This document shows, piece after piece, positions 9,798 to 19,550 of a stretch of 64,000 nt of DNA. A program made the translations under genes and the position numbers. The DNA is from Nitrosopumilus sp. GTDB lineage: Archaea > Thermoproteota > Nitrososphaeria > Nitrososphaerales > Nitrosopumilaceae. How positions within the stretch are numbered: position 1 is the stretch's first letter; each line of letters begins with the position of its first letter. Where the stretch lies: the NCBI GenBank assembly GCA_965203315.1, contig CBDBCE010000004.1, positions 103,366 to 167,365 of the forward strand. The letters are read 5' to 3'. The notes beneath the pieces are model-generated. The model was not told the DNA's origin, searched no databases, and saw nothing but the letters and a program-made list of their open reading frames with translations.

Positions 9798-10664
9798 ATG
9801 TTGATTCATGATATTGATCTAGAGACGGTTAAAAATTTCATACCGCCACGAAGGCTATCTTCTCGCAAGGGCGAGAACGGTTCAGTCCTAGTTGTTGGTG
9901 GTAGTTATATGTATCACGGCGCACCAATACTCTCATCGATAGCAGCACTTCGTTGCGGAACAGATCTAGTGTATACTTGTGTTCCAAAGATCAATGTAAC
10001 ACCAACTCGTGCAATGATGCCAGATCTGATAGTGATACCTCTAGCTGATCAAAAGCTTACGCGTGGAGCAGTAAACAAACTAGTTGGTGTACTACCTCGT
10101 CTGGATTCTGCTACAATAGGGATGGGTCTTGCGGTACAGGAACGTACAGCACTATTACGTCTAATAGAGTCACTGCTGAATAGAGATATTCGTATATCTC
10201 TAGACGCATCAGCCCTTGTCCCAGAGATTCTTCCTATAATTCAAGACAAGGGTGTTGTAGTTACACCACATGCAGGTGAGTTTAGACGACTCTTTGGTAG
10301 AGAGATGCCAAAGTCTAGAGACGAACAGATCAAACTGGTAGAGAGTTGTGCTGAAAAGTATGGTATAACAATACTGTTCAAATCTAGAACCGATATCATC
10401 TCTAATGGTACTATGACATACTTGAATGTAAAAGAGACACCTGCAATGACTGTTGGTGGTACAGGAGACGTTCTCTCTGGACTGGTCTCTGGAATGTTAT
10501 CGAAGAACCGAGATGCACTCGAGTCTGCAGTCGCGGCTGCGTTTGTAAATACTATAGCAGGCAGAGCAGCACAAGATAGGCTGGGTCTTCACATCACATC
10601 GTCTGATCTCTTGACCGAGATTCCAAATGCAATGAAACCATTTGATAGGATGATTTCAGAATGA
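9798..10664 (+). CDS. nnrD: ADP/ATP-dependent NAD(P)H-hydrate dehydratase (YjeF C-terminal type)
   Basis: RKGENGSVLVVGGSYMYHGAPILSSIAALRCGTDLVY..., VVTPHAGEF, GGTGDVLSGLVSGML. Confidence 0.85.
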   Translation: MLIHDIDLETVKNFIPPRRLSSRKGENGSVLVVGGSYMYHGAPILSSIAALRCGTDLVYTCVPKINVTPTRAMMPDLIVIPLADQKLTRGAVNKLVGVLPRLDSATIGMGLAVQERTALLRLIESLLNRDIRISLDASALVPEILPIIQDKGVVVTPHAGEFRRLFGREMPKSRDEQIKLVESCAEKYGITILFKSRTDIISNGTMTYLNVKETPAMTVGGTGDVLSGLVSGMLSKNRDALESAVAAAFVNTIAGRAAQDRLGLHITSSDLLTEIPNAMKPFDRMISE

Positions 10665-12001
10665 CTCCCTTTCAATACGTCGACAGAAATATGCCTAACA
10701 TGATATCTGATCTCCAAGAGCTGATACGACAACCTAGCATCTCTGCGACAGGTGAGGGAATAGAAGAGTGTGCATTGCTTGTAAAAGAGATGCTTGAGAG
10801 ACATGGTATCTCTACTGAGATACTACGTTTGGGCAAAGCACCGCCACTCGTGTACGGTCATGTCGAATCGAAACAGAATCCATCCAAGACGATTCTATTT
10901 TACAATCACTATGATGTCCAACCTGCTGAACCGCTTGAACTCTGGCAGCATCCTCCATTCAGTGGAACTAGATGTGGTAACAAGATCTATGGTCGTGGCG
11001 CCACTGATGACAAGGGCGAACTTGTAACTAGAATTAACGCGGTATCTGCTTGGCTCAAGACCACCGGTGATGTACCATGTAACATCAAATTCGTAATAGA
11101 GGGAGAAGAAGAGACTGGTAGTGTAAACATTGCCAAATATCTGAAGAGATATCGTAAGAGATTCTCATGTGGTGGTGTAATCTGGGAGTTTGGATATGTA
11201 GACGTAAAGAACCGTCCAATAATTGGTTTGGGCATGAAGGGATTACTCTACGTCGAACTAGTGTGTCAGGGCCCAAAACGAGATGTTCACTCTAGCCTAG
11301 CTGTTCTAGTAAAGAATCCTGCATGGCGATTGATTGAAGCATTAAAGACACTCTATAGCTCTAGTGGTAGAATTCTCATCCGAGATTGGTATGCTGATGT
11401 TAAACCATTCTCTGCTCTAGAATTAGATCTGATAAGACGTGAACCATTTGATGCAGAAGCATTTAGTCGAGAGTTTGGTATAGATTCTTTTGTTGGCAAC
11501 ATGCATGGTCTTGCTGCAAAAAAGGCACTAGTTGGTAACTCTACATGTAATATAGCTGGTCTGATATCTGGATATGCCGGCAAAGGCGCAAAGACTGTCT
11601 TACCTTCTATGGCAACTGCCAAGATCGATTTCAGATTGGTACCGAACATGGATCCAACAAAGCAGATATCTAGACTACGTTACCATCTCAAATCCAAAGG
11701 GTTCAATGATATCAAAGTACGAGTTCTCAATGCCGAGGCAGCTGCGCGAACCAGTCCTACTCATCCTCTAGTTGGTCATGTCCAGAGAGCTGCTGATTAT
11801 GCCTTTGGTAGTTCAATAATCAACATATCCAATGCAGGAACTGGTCCCATGTCTGCATTTGTTGATATATTACAAGTGCCCTGTGTGTCTATCGGTAGCA
11901 CATACCTGTTTGCGCGAATCCATTCTCCAAACGAGTTTGCTAGAGTTGATCTACTTAAAAAAACTACAAAGTGTATGTGCAAACTAGTCGAACTAGTGTA
12001 G
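10661..12001 (+). CDS. M20 family metallopeptidase (ArgE/DapE/CPG2-like)
   Basis: LFYNHYDVQPAEPLELWQHPPF...IYGRGATDDKGELV...FVIEGEEETGS. The start overlaps the nnrD stop (ATGA). Confidence 0.8.
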   Translation: MTPFQYVDRNMPNMISDLQELIRQPSISATGEGIEECALLVKEMLERHGISTEILRLGKAPPLVYGHVESKQNPSKTILFYNHYDVQPAEPLELWQHPPFSGTRCGNKIYGRGATDDKGELVTRINAVSAWLKTTGDVPCNIKFVIEGEEETGSVNIAKYLKRYRKRFSCGGVIWEFGYVDVKNRPIIGLGMKGLLYVELVCQGPKRDVHSSLAVLVKNPAWRLIEALKTLYSSSGRILIRDWYADVKPFSALELDLIRREPFDAEAFSREFGIDSFVGNMHGLAAKKALVGNSTCNIAGLISGYAGKGAKTVLPSMATAKIDFRLVPNMDPTKQISRLRYHLKSKGFNDIKVRVLNAEAAARTSPTHPLVGHVQRAADYAFGSSIINISNAGTGPMSAFVDILQVPCVSIGSTYLFARIHSPNEFARVDLLKKTTKCMCKLVELV

Positions 12002-12409
12002 TATACGTGGAATCTTTTTGATCCCTTGTACTAGCGATATTCTTCCTGGACCTGCAACCATTATCAATAGAGATGCTGCAAGAAGGATCAGATCTAACTC
12101 TACCCCTCTATCTCCAACAATACTGCCTGCTCCCTTTACATGAAATATTGCTCCTAACATAATTATCGACAACAATGCACCAGAGAATCTACTCAAGACT
12201 CCTATGATCAATAATATTCCGGGAACTACTTCTGCTAACACGATCAACATCTGCATCTCTGGAGGCAGACCCAATCTGGGTAAAAATTCAGCAAACCCTG
12301 GATTGAGCTTTTGCATTCCATGCAAAATGAATATCACTCCGATCGATGCTCTCACACCCATGAATACTGCATCATTGAAGATCTTTTCTTTTATCTCGGC
12401 TGTCGCCAT
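11993..12409 (-). CDS. DoxX family membrane protein
   Basis: 138 aa with four hydrophobic helices, a DoxX-like IGVIFILHGMQKL and a ...GPGRISL ending. Confidence 0.7.
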   Translation of the reverse strand: MATAEIKEKIFNDAVFMGVRASIGVIFILHGMQKLNPGFAEFLPRLGLPPEMQMLIVLAEVVPGILLIIGVLSRFSGALLSIIMLGAIFHVKGAGSIVGDRGVELDLILLAASLLIMVAGPGRISLVQGIKKIPRILH

Positions 12410-12579
12410 AAACTGACTTGTACTCGTTGCTATTTATCTCTATATCGTATTGCTGGTTGTCTAGTTGTCTGTATACTTGTCTGTGCACTTACCGTCTAGT
12501 TGACTAGACCTGTAAAGATATAGATCGTATATTCTATGTAAGCCACAAAACAAAAATTCTAGGCATATCTGATACTAAT

Positions 12580-13506
12580 ATGGATCTGCGAGTACACAAT
12601 CTAAATGCCACATATGAATCGACTAGGGGAGAGATATATGCAGTGGACGACGTTGACTTTGATATCTTTGACGGTCAGTCTATAGGGATTGCTGGTGAGA
12701 GTGCATGTGGAAAGAGCACACTTGGTCTATCTATAATTCGAGTATTGGACTCGGCGCAAGTTGACGGTCAGATAACTATAGATGACGTTTCTATTCTCGA
12801 TATGGATGAATCTGAGTTTAATTCAAAGTACCGATGGCGACAGATATCTATGATCTTTCAAGGAGCAATGAACTCTCTTGATCCTGTGTTTACTATAAAA
12901 GATCAGTTTGTTGAGATCTTGGAAGAGCATGATTTTGCAGGAAACTATGATCAAGTAGTCTTGGATGCAGTTAGATCAGTCGGTCTTGATGATACTGTGC
13001 TGTCACGATATCCACACGAACTTAGTGGCGGAATGAAACAACGAGTCATCATCGCAATGGCACTATTACTAAAACCAAAGTTTGTGATTGCAGATGAACC
13101 TACTACTGCACTAGACGTATTAATTCAAGCTCAGATAGTAAATCTACTCAAAGATCTCAAAAAGGAAGGAATGGCATTCATGCTCATAACTCATGATCTT
13201 GCAGTTCTCTCTGAGATATCAGATGTGATCGGAATCATGTATGGAGGTCAGATGGTCGAATTTGGTAGTTCTTTAGAGATATACAACTCTCCAAAACATC
13301 CCTATACTCAAGCCTTACTCAAATCAATTCCAACTTTGCATGGTGAGCGACCATCCTATATTGGTGGTATGCCCCCGAGCTTGTCTGCTCCGCCAACACA
13401 ATGCAGATTTCTAGACCGATGTCCACAAGCTGTTGAAAAGTGTAAACAGAATCCACCTAAATTTAAGACTAAGACTGGTTATGTTCGGTGTTGGCTGTAT
13501 GAGTAG
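12580..13506 (+). CDS. ABC transporter ATP-binding protein, oligopeptide/dipeptide (OppD/DppD type)
   Basis: Walker A GESACGKST, signature LSGGMKQRV, Walker B FVIADEPTTALD, and the Opp-type C-terminal extension KHPYTQALL...CRFLDRCP. Confidence 0.85.
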   Translation: MDLRVHNLNATYESTRGEIYAVDDVDFDIFDGQSIGIAGESACGKSTLGLSIIRVLDSAQVDGQITIDDVSILDMDESEFNSKYRWRQISMIFQGAMNSLDPVFTIKDQFVEILEEHDFAGNYDQVVLDAVRSVGLDDTVLSRYPHELSGGMKQRVIIAMALLLKPKFVIADEPTTALDVLIQAQIVNLLKDLKKEGMAFMLITHDLAVLSEISDVIGIMYGGQMVEFGSSLEIYNSPKHPYTQALLKSIPTLHGERPSYIGGMPPSLSAPPTQCRFLDRCPQAVEKCKQNPPKFKTKTGYVRCWLYE

Positions 13507-13885
13507 ATTTTAACAAGCCTTGAACAATAGGCATACATGCATCGATTACTCGAAGCACCTCACTTCTAATCACATCTTTGTCTATCGAGACCCAAACCCT
13601 GTCTGACCTGATTGCAAACGATATGGTCTGAACCTTTTTGCGTTCCTCCCAAACAAAGTCAATCGTACCTAGACTCTTGTCAAAGTAACTCTCCATATCT
13701 GTTCTGAGCGAGATGTGTGAAAATTGATACTTTGTATTCTTGGCATCTAGTAGAGGCACCAAATCCTTTCTTCTTGTGTATTTCACCAGTTCTCCATCTT
13801 CGTTGATTACCCCTACAAATCGAATATATGGACTAATGGACATAATATCATCACATATCTTTTGAAACTCTTCGTTACTCATCAC
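13469..13885 (-). CDS. hypothetical protein (138 aa), possibly Roadblock/LC7-like
   Basis: Track ORF. The IRFVGVINEDGELV pattern is reminiscent of a roadblock fold. Convergent overlap with the OppD-like gene. Confidence 0.45.
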   Translation of the reverse strand: MMSNEEFQKICDDIMSISPYIRFVGVINEDGELVKYTRRKDLVPLLDAKNTKYQFSHISLRTDMESYFDKSLGTIDFVWEERKKVQTISFAIRSDRVWVSIDKDVIRSEVLRVIDACMPIVQGLLKSTHTANTEHNQS

Positions 13886-14188
13886 TAATAGTAAATAGTG
13901 ATCATATTTTAATTATAGGTATGAGTAATAATGTCTGGAACATTTACTATTTAATCCGTACATCACATGGATGGTCTAGACGTCAGGTTATCCAAAATGA
14001 AGACTTGTACCAGTCATGAAACTATCTCTTGCAATCATACCTCGTGTCTATAGATGCCTTTTTGTGTTGTCTGGCGATTCATGGAGTTATTGGTGCGCAA
14101 TCAGGATATCATGTCCGATCAGAGACGAATCTGATATCACCCCAAACTGATCATTCCTATTAAATAAAGCACTAGTTCAGATCAATCT

Positions 14189-14818
14189 GTGGATCTGGCA
14201 GACCTATTTCCATTTGCTCCTGAGATAGGTTATCTCAGTCTCGGGTTGGTAAACTTTGTTGGTTCATTGGTACCTTTTGTTCCACTACCTGGATTTCTAC
14301 TCTTGGCCACAATGTCTGTGGGAGACAAATTTGATCTACACGTACTAGCACTCGTGTCTGCCGTCACTGCAACGATTGCCAAACAGATAATATTTCTTGT
14401 AAGTTATGGTGGCAGTAACATACTCAGCGAGACGACTAGAGCAAGGATGCGTCCATTTGAGCGTCTAGTAAAACGTTATGGTGCAGCCGCTGCATTCTCT
14501 GCAGCTGCGACTCCAATTCCTGACGATCTAGTTTATGTTCCACTTGGACTAGCAAAATATAATCCGAAACGATTCTTTATAGCGACATTTGCCGGCAAAC
14601 TAGTTCTCAGTTATACTATTGTCTTCGTATCCAACTATCTGGGAATATCTCTGGTAGAGCCGTTCATAAAAGATCTTGATAGCGCGACGCCGATATATGT
14701 TGGAATTATTGTATTTGGCGCGTCGATGACAGCTGTTGTGATATTGTTACTGCGACTTGACTGGGCGCGAATTCTAGGCAGATTTGCTCCTTGGACTCTA
14801 GATGAACGTGACGACTAG
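14189..14818 (+). CDS. DedA/YqaA-type (VTT domain) membrane protein
   Basis: 209 aa, multi-pass, with the PIPDDLVYVPLGLAK motif typical of SNARE-associated/VTT proteins. Confidence 0.55.
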   Translation: MDLADLFPFAPEIGYLSLGLVNFVGSLVPFVPLPGFLLLATMSVGDKFDLHVLALVSAVTATIAKQIIFLVSYGGSNILSETTRARMRPFERLVKRYGAAAAFSAAATPIPDDLVYVPLGLAKYNPKRFFIATFAGKLVLSYTIVFVSNYLGISLVEPFIKDLDSATPIYVGIIVFGASMTAVVILLLRLDWARILGRFAPWTLDERDD

Positions 14819-15363
14819 TTTATGGTAAAGTTCCACCTCTTTGGTACCGACTCTTTAACTCCAATTCGATGCGATGCGGTTATCTCGCCCTTGATGCGAC
14901 CATGTGTGATGTATAATGTCGGATCTGATGTGAGATCAACTCCATACTGTAGTTTGGTAATGGATAGAGCCTTTGCAAGTTTTGCAGGGCCGTTTGTAAG
15001 ATTTGTTTGATCTTCAAATCCTCGATTCTTCATCATCATATCTACTCCAGATTCTGGTTTGATCGAGCGAATCAAGACTGCTCCAGCTATGGAGTCTCTA
15101 TCTCTTGCAACAACATTGAAACAAAAATGCATTCCATATGTAAAATAGACATACGCGGTTCCTACCGTTCCAAACATCGCCTTATTCCTCTCTGTCATGC
15201 CACGAAAAGCGTGACTTACAGAATCATTGACATGTCCATATGCCTCAGTCTCTGTTATTATTCCTGATAGCGTCTTGTCTTTTATCACTCTGACTAGTCG
15301 TTTTCCTAGTAGGCTCTTTGCTACCGTTACAGTATCTCTGTGATAAAATCTCCTAGAGATCAA
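14815..15363 (-). CDS. mpg: DNA-3-methyladenine glycosylase (MPG/AAG family)
   Basis: FYHRDTVTVAKSLLGKRLV...ITETEAYGHVNDSVSHAFRGMTERNKAMFG..AYVYFTYGMHFCFNVV. Confidence 0.85.
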   Translation of the reverse strand: MISRRFYHRDTVTVAKSLLGKRLVRVIKDKTLSGIITETEAYGHVNDSVSHAFRGMTERNKAMFGTVGTAYVYFTYGMHFCFNVVARDRDSIAGAVLIRSIKPESGVDMMMKNRGFEDQTNLTNGPAKLAKALSITKLQYGVDLTSDPTLYITHGRIKGEITASHRIGVKESVPKRWNFTIN

Positions 15364-15934
15364 TATCTGGTTTGATCTTGTTGCCTTTTTTTAACCGTGC
15401 TACTATGTTGACCAACTTTGTGATATCGCTGTTGAGTACATCAATTAGAGATTGATTGTATATTGTAGCTGCAGGATGGATGGTCAGAAAGTATAACTGT
15501 TCTCTACTCTTTACTATCTTGCCACGATACTTTGTAATCTCAGATCCGCCCAAGATCGAACCAAACGCTGTATTCCCTAGAATGCATATTATCTTTGGTT
15601 CAACTATTGCGATCTCGTCATTCAAGTATGCTGAGCACATATCTCGTTCTGTTGTGTTTGGGACTCTATTGTTTGGCGGTCTACACTTTACGACATTTGT
15701 GATGTATATAGAGTCGCGTTGTATTCCAGCATTGGCTAGTGCTTCATCTAGTCTCTTTCCTGCCGCACCAACAAACGGGACACCTTGTGCATCTTCGTTC
15801 CGCCCTGGCGCTTCTCCAACAAACATGATATCTGACTTGGAGCCCTGACCGGGAACCGCACAAGTTCGAGTCTTGTATAGATCGCACTTTGTACATATCG
15901 TGACTGACTGTTTTATCTCTAATAGATTTGTCAT
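15353..15934 (-). CDS. udg: uracil-DNA glycosylase, family 4
   Basis: CTKCDLYKTRTCAVPGQG...MFVGEAPGRNEDAQGVPFVGAAGKRLDEAL...HPAA. The track ORF extends to 16021, but the Met at 15934 (MTNLLEIKQ...) is the more plausible start. Confidence 0.8.
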   Translation of the reverse strand: MTNLLEIKQSVTICTKCDLYKTRTCAVPGQGSKSDIMFVGEAPGRNEDAQGVPFVGAAGKRLDEALANAGIQRDSIYITNVVKCRPPNNRVPNTTERDMCSAYLNDEIAIVEPKIICILGNTAFGSILGGSEITKYRGKIVKSREQLYFLTIHPAATIYNQSLIDVLNSDITKLVNIVARLKKGNKIKPDIDL

Positions 15935-16127
15935 GTATGTTGTTGTTACCTGCCTTATAATTGCGTAACATTGGTATTCAAATATCAACATGACCGTGAA
16001 TTCGATCAAGTTACTAGACAACTAGATATCTAGTGAGATGATAGCCACACTAGCTCAAACAAAACAGACTCTCTACACTAAAAATTCTCACAACGATTCT
16101 ATTATGTATTCATAGATAGTGAGAGTT

Positions 16128-16262
16128 ATGAAGAGTACAAGAAATGACGAGTTTTACAGCAACTGCACAAAATACTTTGAGCATCTGCGAGGCAAGGGTG
16201 ATACAGACTTTGGGTTTGAAGATGAATACTATTTTACTCTGCCTGCAATATCGCGTAGTTGA
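16128..16262 (+). CDS. small ORF (44 aa), speculative
   Basis: Hand-translated: MKSTRNDEFYSNCTKYFEHLRGKGDTDFGFEDEYYFTLPAISRS. It lies in a 400-bp spacer. Confidence 0.2.
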   Translation: MKSTRNDEFYSNCTKYFEHLRGKGDTDFGFEDEYYFTLPAISRS

Positions 16263-16418
16263 TGTATTCGCCTCTAAATGACATGATCTGTATTCATCAG
16301 TACACTATGTTGAGTTGATATCTATGCTGGGCGTAGTTTTTGATGATAACTTATGTGCCTGCGTGGCGCATCTTTTTTCTCTCTTTGGAAAGCTAATTAG
16401 GATAGATACTATGAATCT

Positions 16419-18218
16419 ATGATTGAGTTGACCATAGTTGTTGATACGAGCATTATAATTAACGGTGAGATCATACCCTATATCTCTGACACTCTCTCAG
16501 GATCTCAACTGATCATACCTCAGGTTGTCATTGATGAACTCCAATCCCAAGCTATCTCTAAAAAGGCACAGGGATTTGTAGGACTAGAGAATCTAAAACA
16601 TATCCATACTCTGGCAACTAAATGTGGTATTGATATAGTGATATCTGGGAACCATCCATCATCTGAAGAGATCAGACTTGCAGATATGGGTAGGCTCGAT
16701 GGGATTATAGTCGATCTAGCAAAAAAAGAGAATGCAACACTTTACACATCTGATACTGTTCAAAGTCTTGTCGCTCAAGCACAGGGTGTTAAAACGATCT
16801 TTGTTGCTCCAAAACCTCAAGGTGATCTGGAATTCGTAAAGTTCTTTGATTCAAATACGATGAGCGTTCATCTCAAGCAAGGTCAACGACCTCTAGCAAA
16901 GCGCGGTAGACCAGGTAGTTCATCCCTTGATATCATCCAAGATGAACCTCACTCCAAAGAGTATTTGGAGATGATCGTATCGCAGATACTCGATGTGGCA
17001 CACTCTGACAGTAACACGATCGAGATATCTAAACTTGGAGCATCAGTCGTTCAACATGATAACTATCGAATTGCAATAACCAGACCGCCTCTATCAGAAT
17101 CTTTAGAGATAACAATAGTTCATCCTACTGTTCAGCTCTCACTAGATGACTATTCTCTTAGTGAAAAGATGCTTGAACGTCTAACTGATCGTGCTGAAGG
17201 AGTAGTGATCTCTGGAGCTCCAGGTTCTGGCAAGAGTACACTTGCGTCAGGGATTGCCAACTTTTATCATCGGCAAGGCAAGATCGTGAAAACATTCGAA
17301 TCACCTAGAGATCTTCAGGTAGATTCTGGGATTACGCAATATGGTAAACTCGATGGCAGCTTTGACAATACTGCTGACATGTTACTTCTTGTTAGACCAG
17401 ATTATACAATATTTGATGAGGTACGTAGGAGAGAAGATTTTAGAACGTTTGCTGATCTACGTCTAACTGGAGTTGGGATGGTCGGCGTGGTTCATGCAAA
17501 CTCGCCTCTTGATGCAATACAACGATTCATTGGAAAGATAGAACTCGGTATGATCCCTAGCATCTTGGACACTGTCATCTTTGTCAAGAATGGTATGATC
17601 GACAAGGTATACGAGTTGGCTCTAAAGGTAAAGGTTCCATCAGGAATGACCGAATCTGATCTAGCTCGTCCTGTAATTGAGATTCAAGACTTTGAGAGTG
17701 GTAAACTAGAGTACGAGATCTATACGTTTGGTGAAGAGAATGTGATCGTTCCTGTATACGATGAAGAACGTTTTGGGATTGAAGGAATTACCGAAGAGAA
17801 GATTCGTGAGGTCTTTGCTAGATATGATCCACACGTCAAAGTTCACATCAGATCCAAGAATCGTGCTCAAGTTGTAGTAGATGAACAATACATTCCAAGT
17901 ATAATTGGCAGAGGTGGATCGAACATAACCGATCTCGAGAAACAACTTCATATTCGCATAGACGTCGTTTCAAGACAAGACTCGCCCACACACGACACTG
18001 ATATTCCTTTTCAACTCACCGAGTCCAAGACTATGTTGATGTTGACTGTTTCAAGACAATACTCGTCAATGCGTGCACTACTATACCTTGATGATACGTT
18101 GTTGACATCTGTCAAGATTGGACGACGTGGAAGGATAAAGATCCCAAAGCGTTCAGAGACCGCACGCAAGATTACCTATATGCCTGATAGTCTCAAAGTT
18201 CTTCTCAGAGACTCTTAA
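16419..18218 (+). CDS. PIN-domain / PilT-like ATPase / KH-domain protein (COG1855-type)
   Basis: 599 aa. N-terminal PIN (VVDTSIIING...), Walker A GAPGSGKST, and C-terminal KH (IPSIIGRGGSNITDLEKQL). Confidence 0.75.
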   Translation: MIELTIVVDTSIIINGEIIPYISDTLSGSQLIIPQVVIDELQSQAISKKAQGFVGLENLKHIHTLATKCGIDIVISGNHPSSEEIRLADMGRLDGIIVDLAKKENATLYTSDTVQSLVAQAQGVKTIFVAPKPQGDLEFVKFFDSNTMSVHLKQGQRPLAKRGRPGSSSLDIIQDEPHSKEYLEMIVSQILDVAHSDSNTIEISKLGASVVQHDNYRIAITRPPLSESLEITIVHPTVQLSLDDYSLSEKMLERLTDRAEGVVISGAPGSGKSTLASGIANFYHRQGKIVKTFESPRDLQVDSGITQYGKLDGSFDNTADMLLLVRPDYTIFDEVRRREDFRTFADLRLTGVGMVGVVHANSPLDAIQRFIGKIELGMIPSILDTVIFVKNGMIDKVYELALKVKVPSGMTESDLARPVIEIQDFESGKLEYEIYTFGEENVIVPVYDEERFGIEGITEEKIREVFARYDPHVKVHIRSKNRAQVVVDEQYIPSIIGRGGSNITDLEKQLHIRIDVVSRQDSPTHDTDIPFQLTESKTMLMLTVSRQYSSMRALLYLDDTLLTSVKIGRRGRIKIPKRSETARKITYMPDSLKVLLRDS

Positions 18219-18663
18219 ATTTTGATATGATATCTGGATTTGCTTTGAGAAATGCGATGAACTTTCGTAGTTGTTTTATGGTCTTTGGGTTGAGGTGGTG
18301 TTCGATCCCCTCAATATCTTCATTTGCGGTATTGAACTCGATCCCAAGTATATCAAAGAATTCTAATAATATTCCATGCCTCTGTCTTATTCCTTCTGCC
18401 ACTTGAATCCCCTTTTGTGTGAGATTTATGCCATGATACTTTTCATACTCTAAAAATCCTCCATCATCTAGCTTTTGTAACATCTTTGTGACGCTAGGAG
18501 CACTCACATTCATGTACTTTGAGATATCTAATGTGGTCGCATATCCTTTCAGATCAACCAACTCTGATATTATCTCCAAATAGTCTTCTACTCGTGAGCT
18601 GGATCTTGTCTTTTCTGAACGATGGGCAGCCTTTATCGAATCAAGCCTCTTTGAGCTCTTCAT
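18205..18663 (-). CDS. DtxR/MntR family metal-dependent transcriptional regulator
   Basis: VEDYLEIISELVDLKGYATTLDISKYMNVSAPSVTKMLQKLDDGGFLEYEKYHGINLTQKGIQVAEGIRQRHGILLEFF. The track ORF extends to 18753. The Met at 18663 gives a family-typical length of about 152 aa. Confidence 0.8.
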   Translation of the reverse strand: MKSSKRLDSIKAAHRSEKTRSSSRVEDYLEIISELVDLKGYATTLDISKYMNVSAPSVTKMLQKLDDGGFLEYEKYHGINLTQKGIQVAEGIRQRHGILLEFFDILGIEFNTANEDIEGIEHHLNPKTIKQLRKFIAFLKANPDIISKFKSL

Positions 18664-18760
18664 ATGACTATATGGGTCGATTCTAGTATAATTGACTGTT
18701 GGTATGACGTTGGGCGATGTTCTCAGGCACGAGTGTCTACTGATCCCCTTCATGACACCG

Positions 18761-18777
18761 CCTAGTTTTAGATTAGG
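18761..18777. promoter_or_regulatory. imperfect palindrome with an iron-box-like half site upstream of the DtxR-family gene
   Basis: CCTAGTTTTAGATTAGG followed by TTA. The TTAGGTTA half resembles the DtxR/IdeR box half-site. Confidence 0.2.
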
Positions 18778-18844
18778 TTACTCTTTATTGACTACAAAGT
18801 TATAGTTGTTGATCCTTGTGCCTTAATTATATGGTATTTGATGT

Positions 18845-19204
18845 ATGTCTGTTATGGAGGACCCGTTAAAGGAGCGTCTGACGAAACTACGTCAATTCTC
18901 AGACTCTGTGAATAGACGAGCCGAACTGTATAATGACATCGCAAAGTTTGACGACAAGAGTACGGCTAGTTCGCTTGGGGCATTACGAAAGGCACCTGCG
19001 CCTGGTAAAAAGCTCCAAAAGATCGGATTCTTGATGCTCTGGATTCCTGAACCGACTGGAGTGACCTGCGCGGTTGGTGGACCATTAATAGTGGCTGGGC
19101 GTTATCTGGACAAAAAGTACAATGGCGCCACAATCAATGATATCGGTCACGAGACCAAGAATACGATATCTACGATTAGCGACTTTAAACAGTCTATATC
19201 ATAG
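18845..19204 (+). CDS. hypothetical protein (119 aa) with one hydrophobic segment
   Basis: Track ORF, divergent from the DtxR-family gene. No family recognised. Confidence 0.5.
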   Translation: MSVMEDPLKERLTKLRQFSDSVNRRAELYNDIAKFDDKSTASSLGALRKAPAPGKKLQKIGFLMLWIPEPTGVTCAVGGPLIVAGRYLDKKYNGATINDIGHETKNTISTISDFKQSIS

Positions 19205-19530
19205 AGCACATCCATGTACTGGTGACAAAAGTGAGATATCCAAGACTTCTATTAACTTGTCAGAGTTTGTAACATTGTTCCTAAATTCTCGGAGGACTCT
19301 CTCCGAGTCAATGTAAGCATGTTCTCGTATACACTATTTGATCGTTTGATTCACAAACGCATGTTTTGTGGATTTGTTGCTATGAGGGATGGGCTTCAAA
19401 TCACAAGTTGAGGGACTGAAACTGGACAGAACTTGAGGACTCGCTGATGTCTAAGACAAGAGACACCCATAAACTATCGAGACACAAACGAACTTGACTG
19501 TTTACTGTTCTGTTTTGGTAATTGTTATAA

Positions 19531-19541
19531 GGGGGGGGGGG
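19531..19541 (+). repeat. G11 homopolymer between a TATA-like element and the GTG start of the next gene
   Basis: ...GTAATTGTTATAA-GGGGGGGGGGG-AGTTCTTTT-GTG. Confidence 0.95.
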
Positions 19542-19550
19542 AGTTCTTTT

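Noticed and set aside
19494-19550. N-terminal extension of the first coiled-coil gene (track start at 19494) that would translate the G11 run as RGGGS
   Set aside because: The GTG at 19551 yields a canonical signal peptide directly after a TATA-like element. The extension has no such logic. The tract is kept as a promoter-region feature instead.
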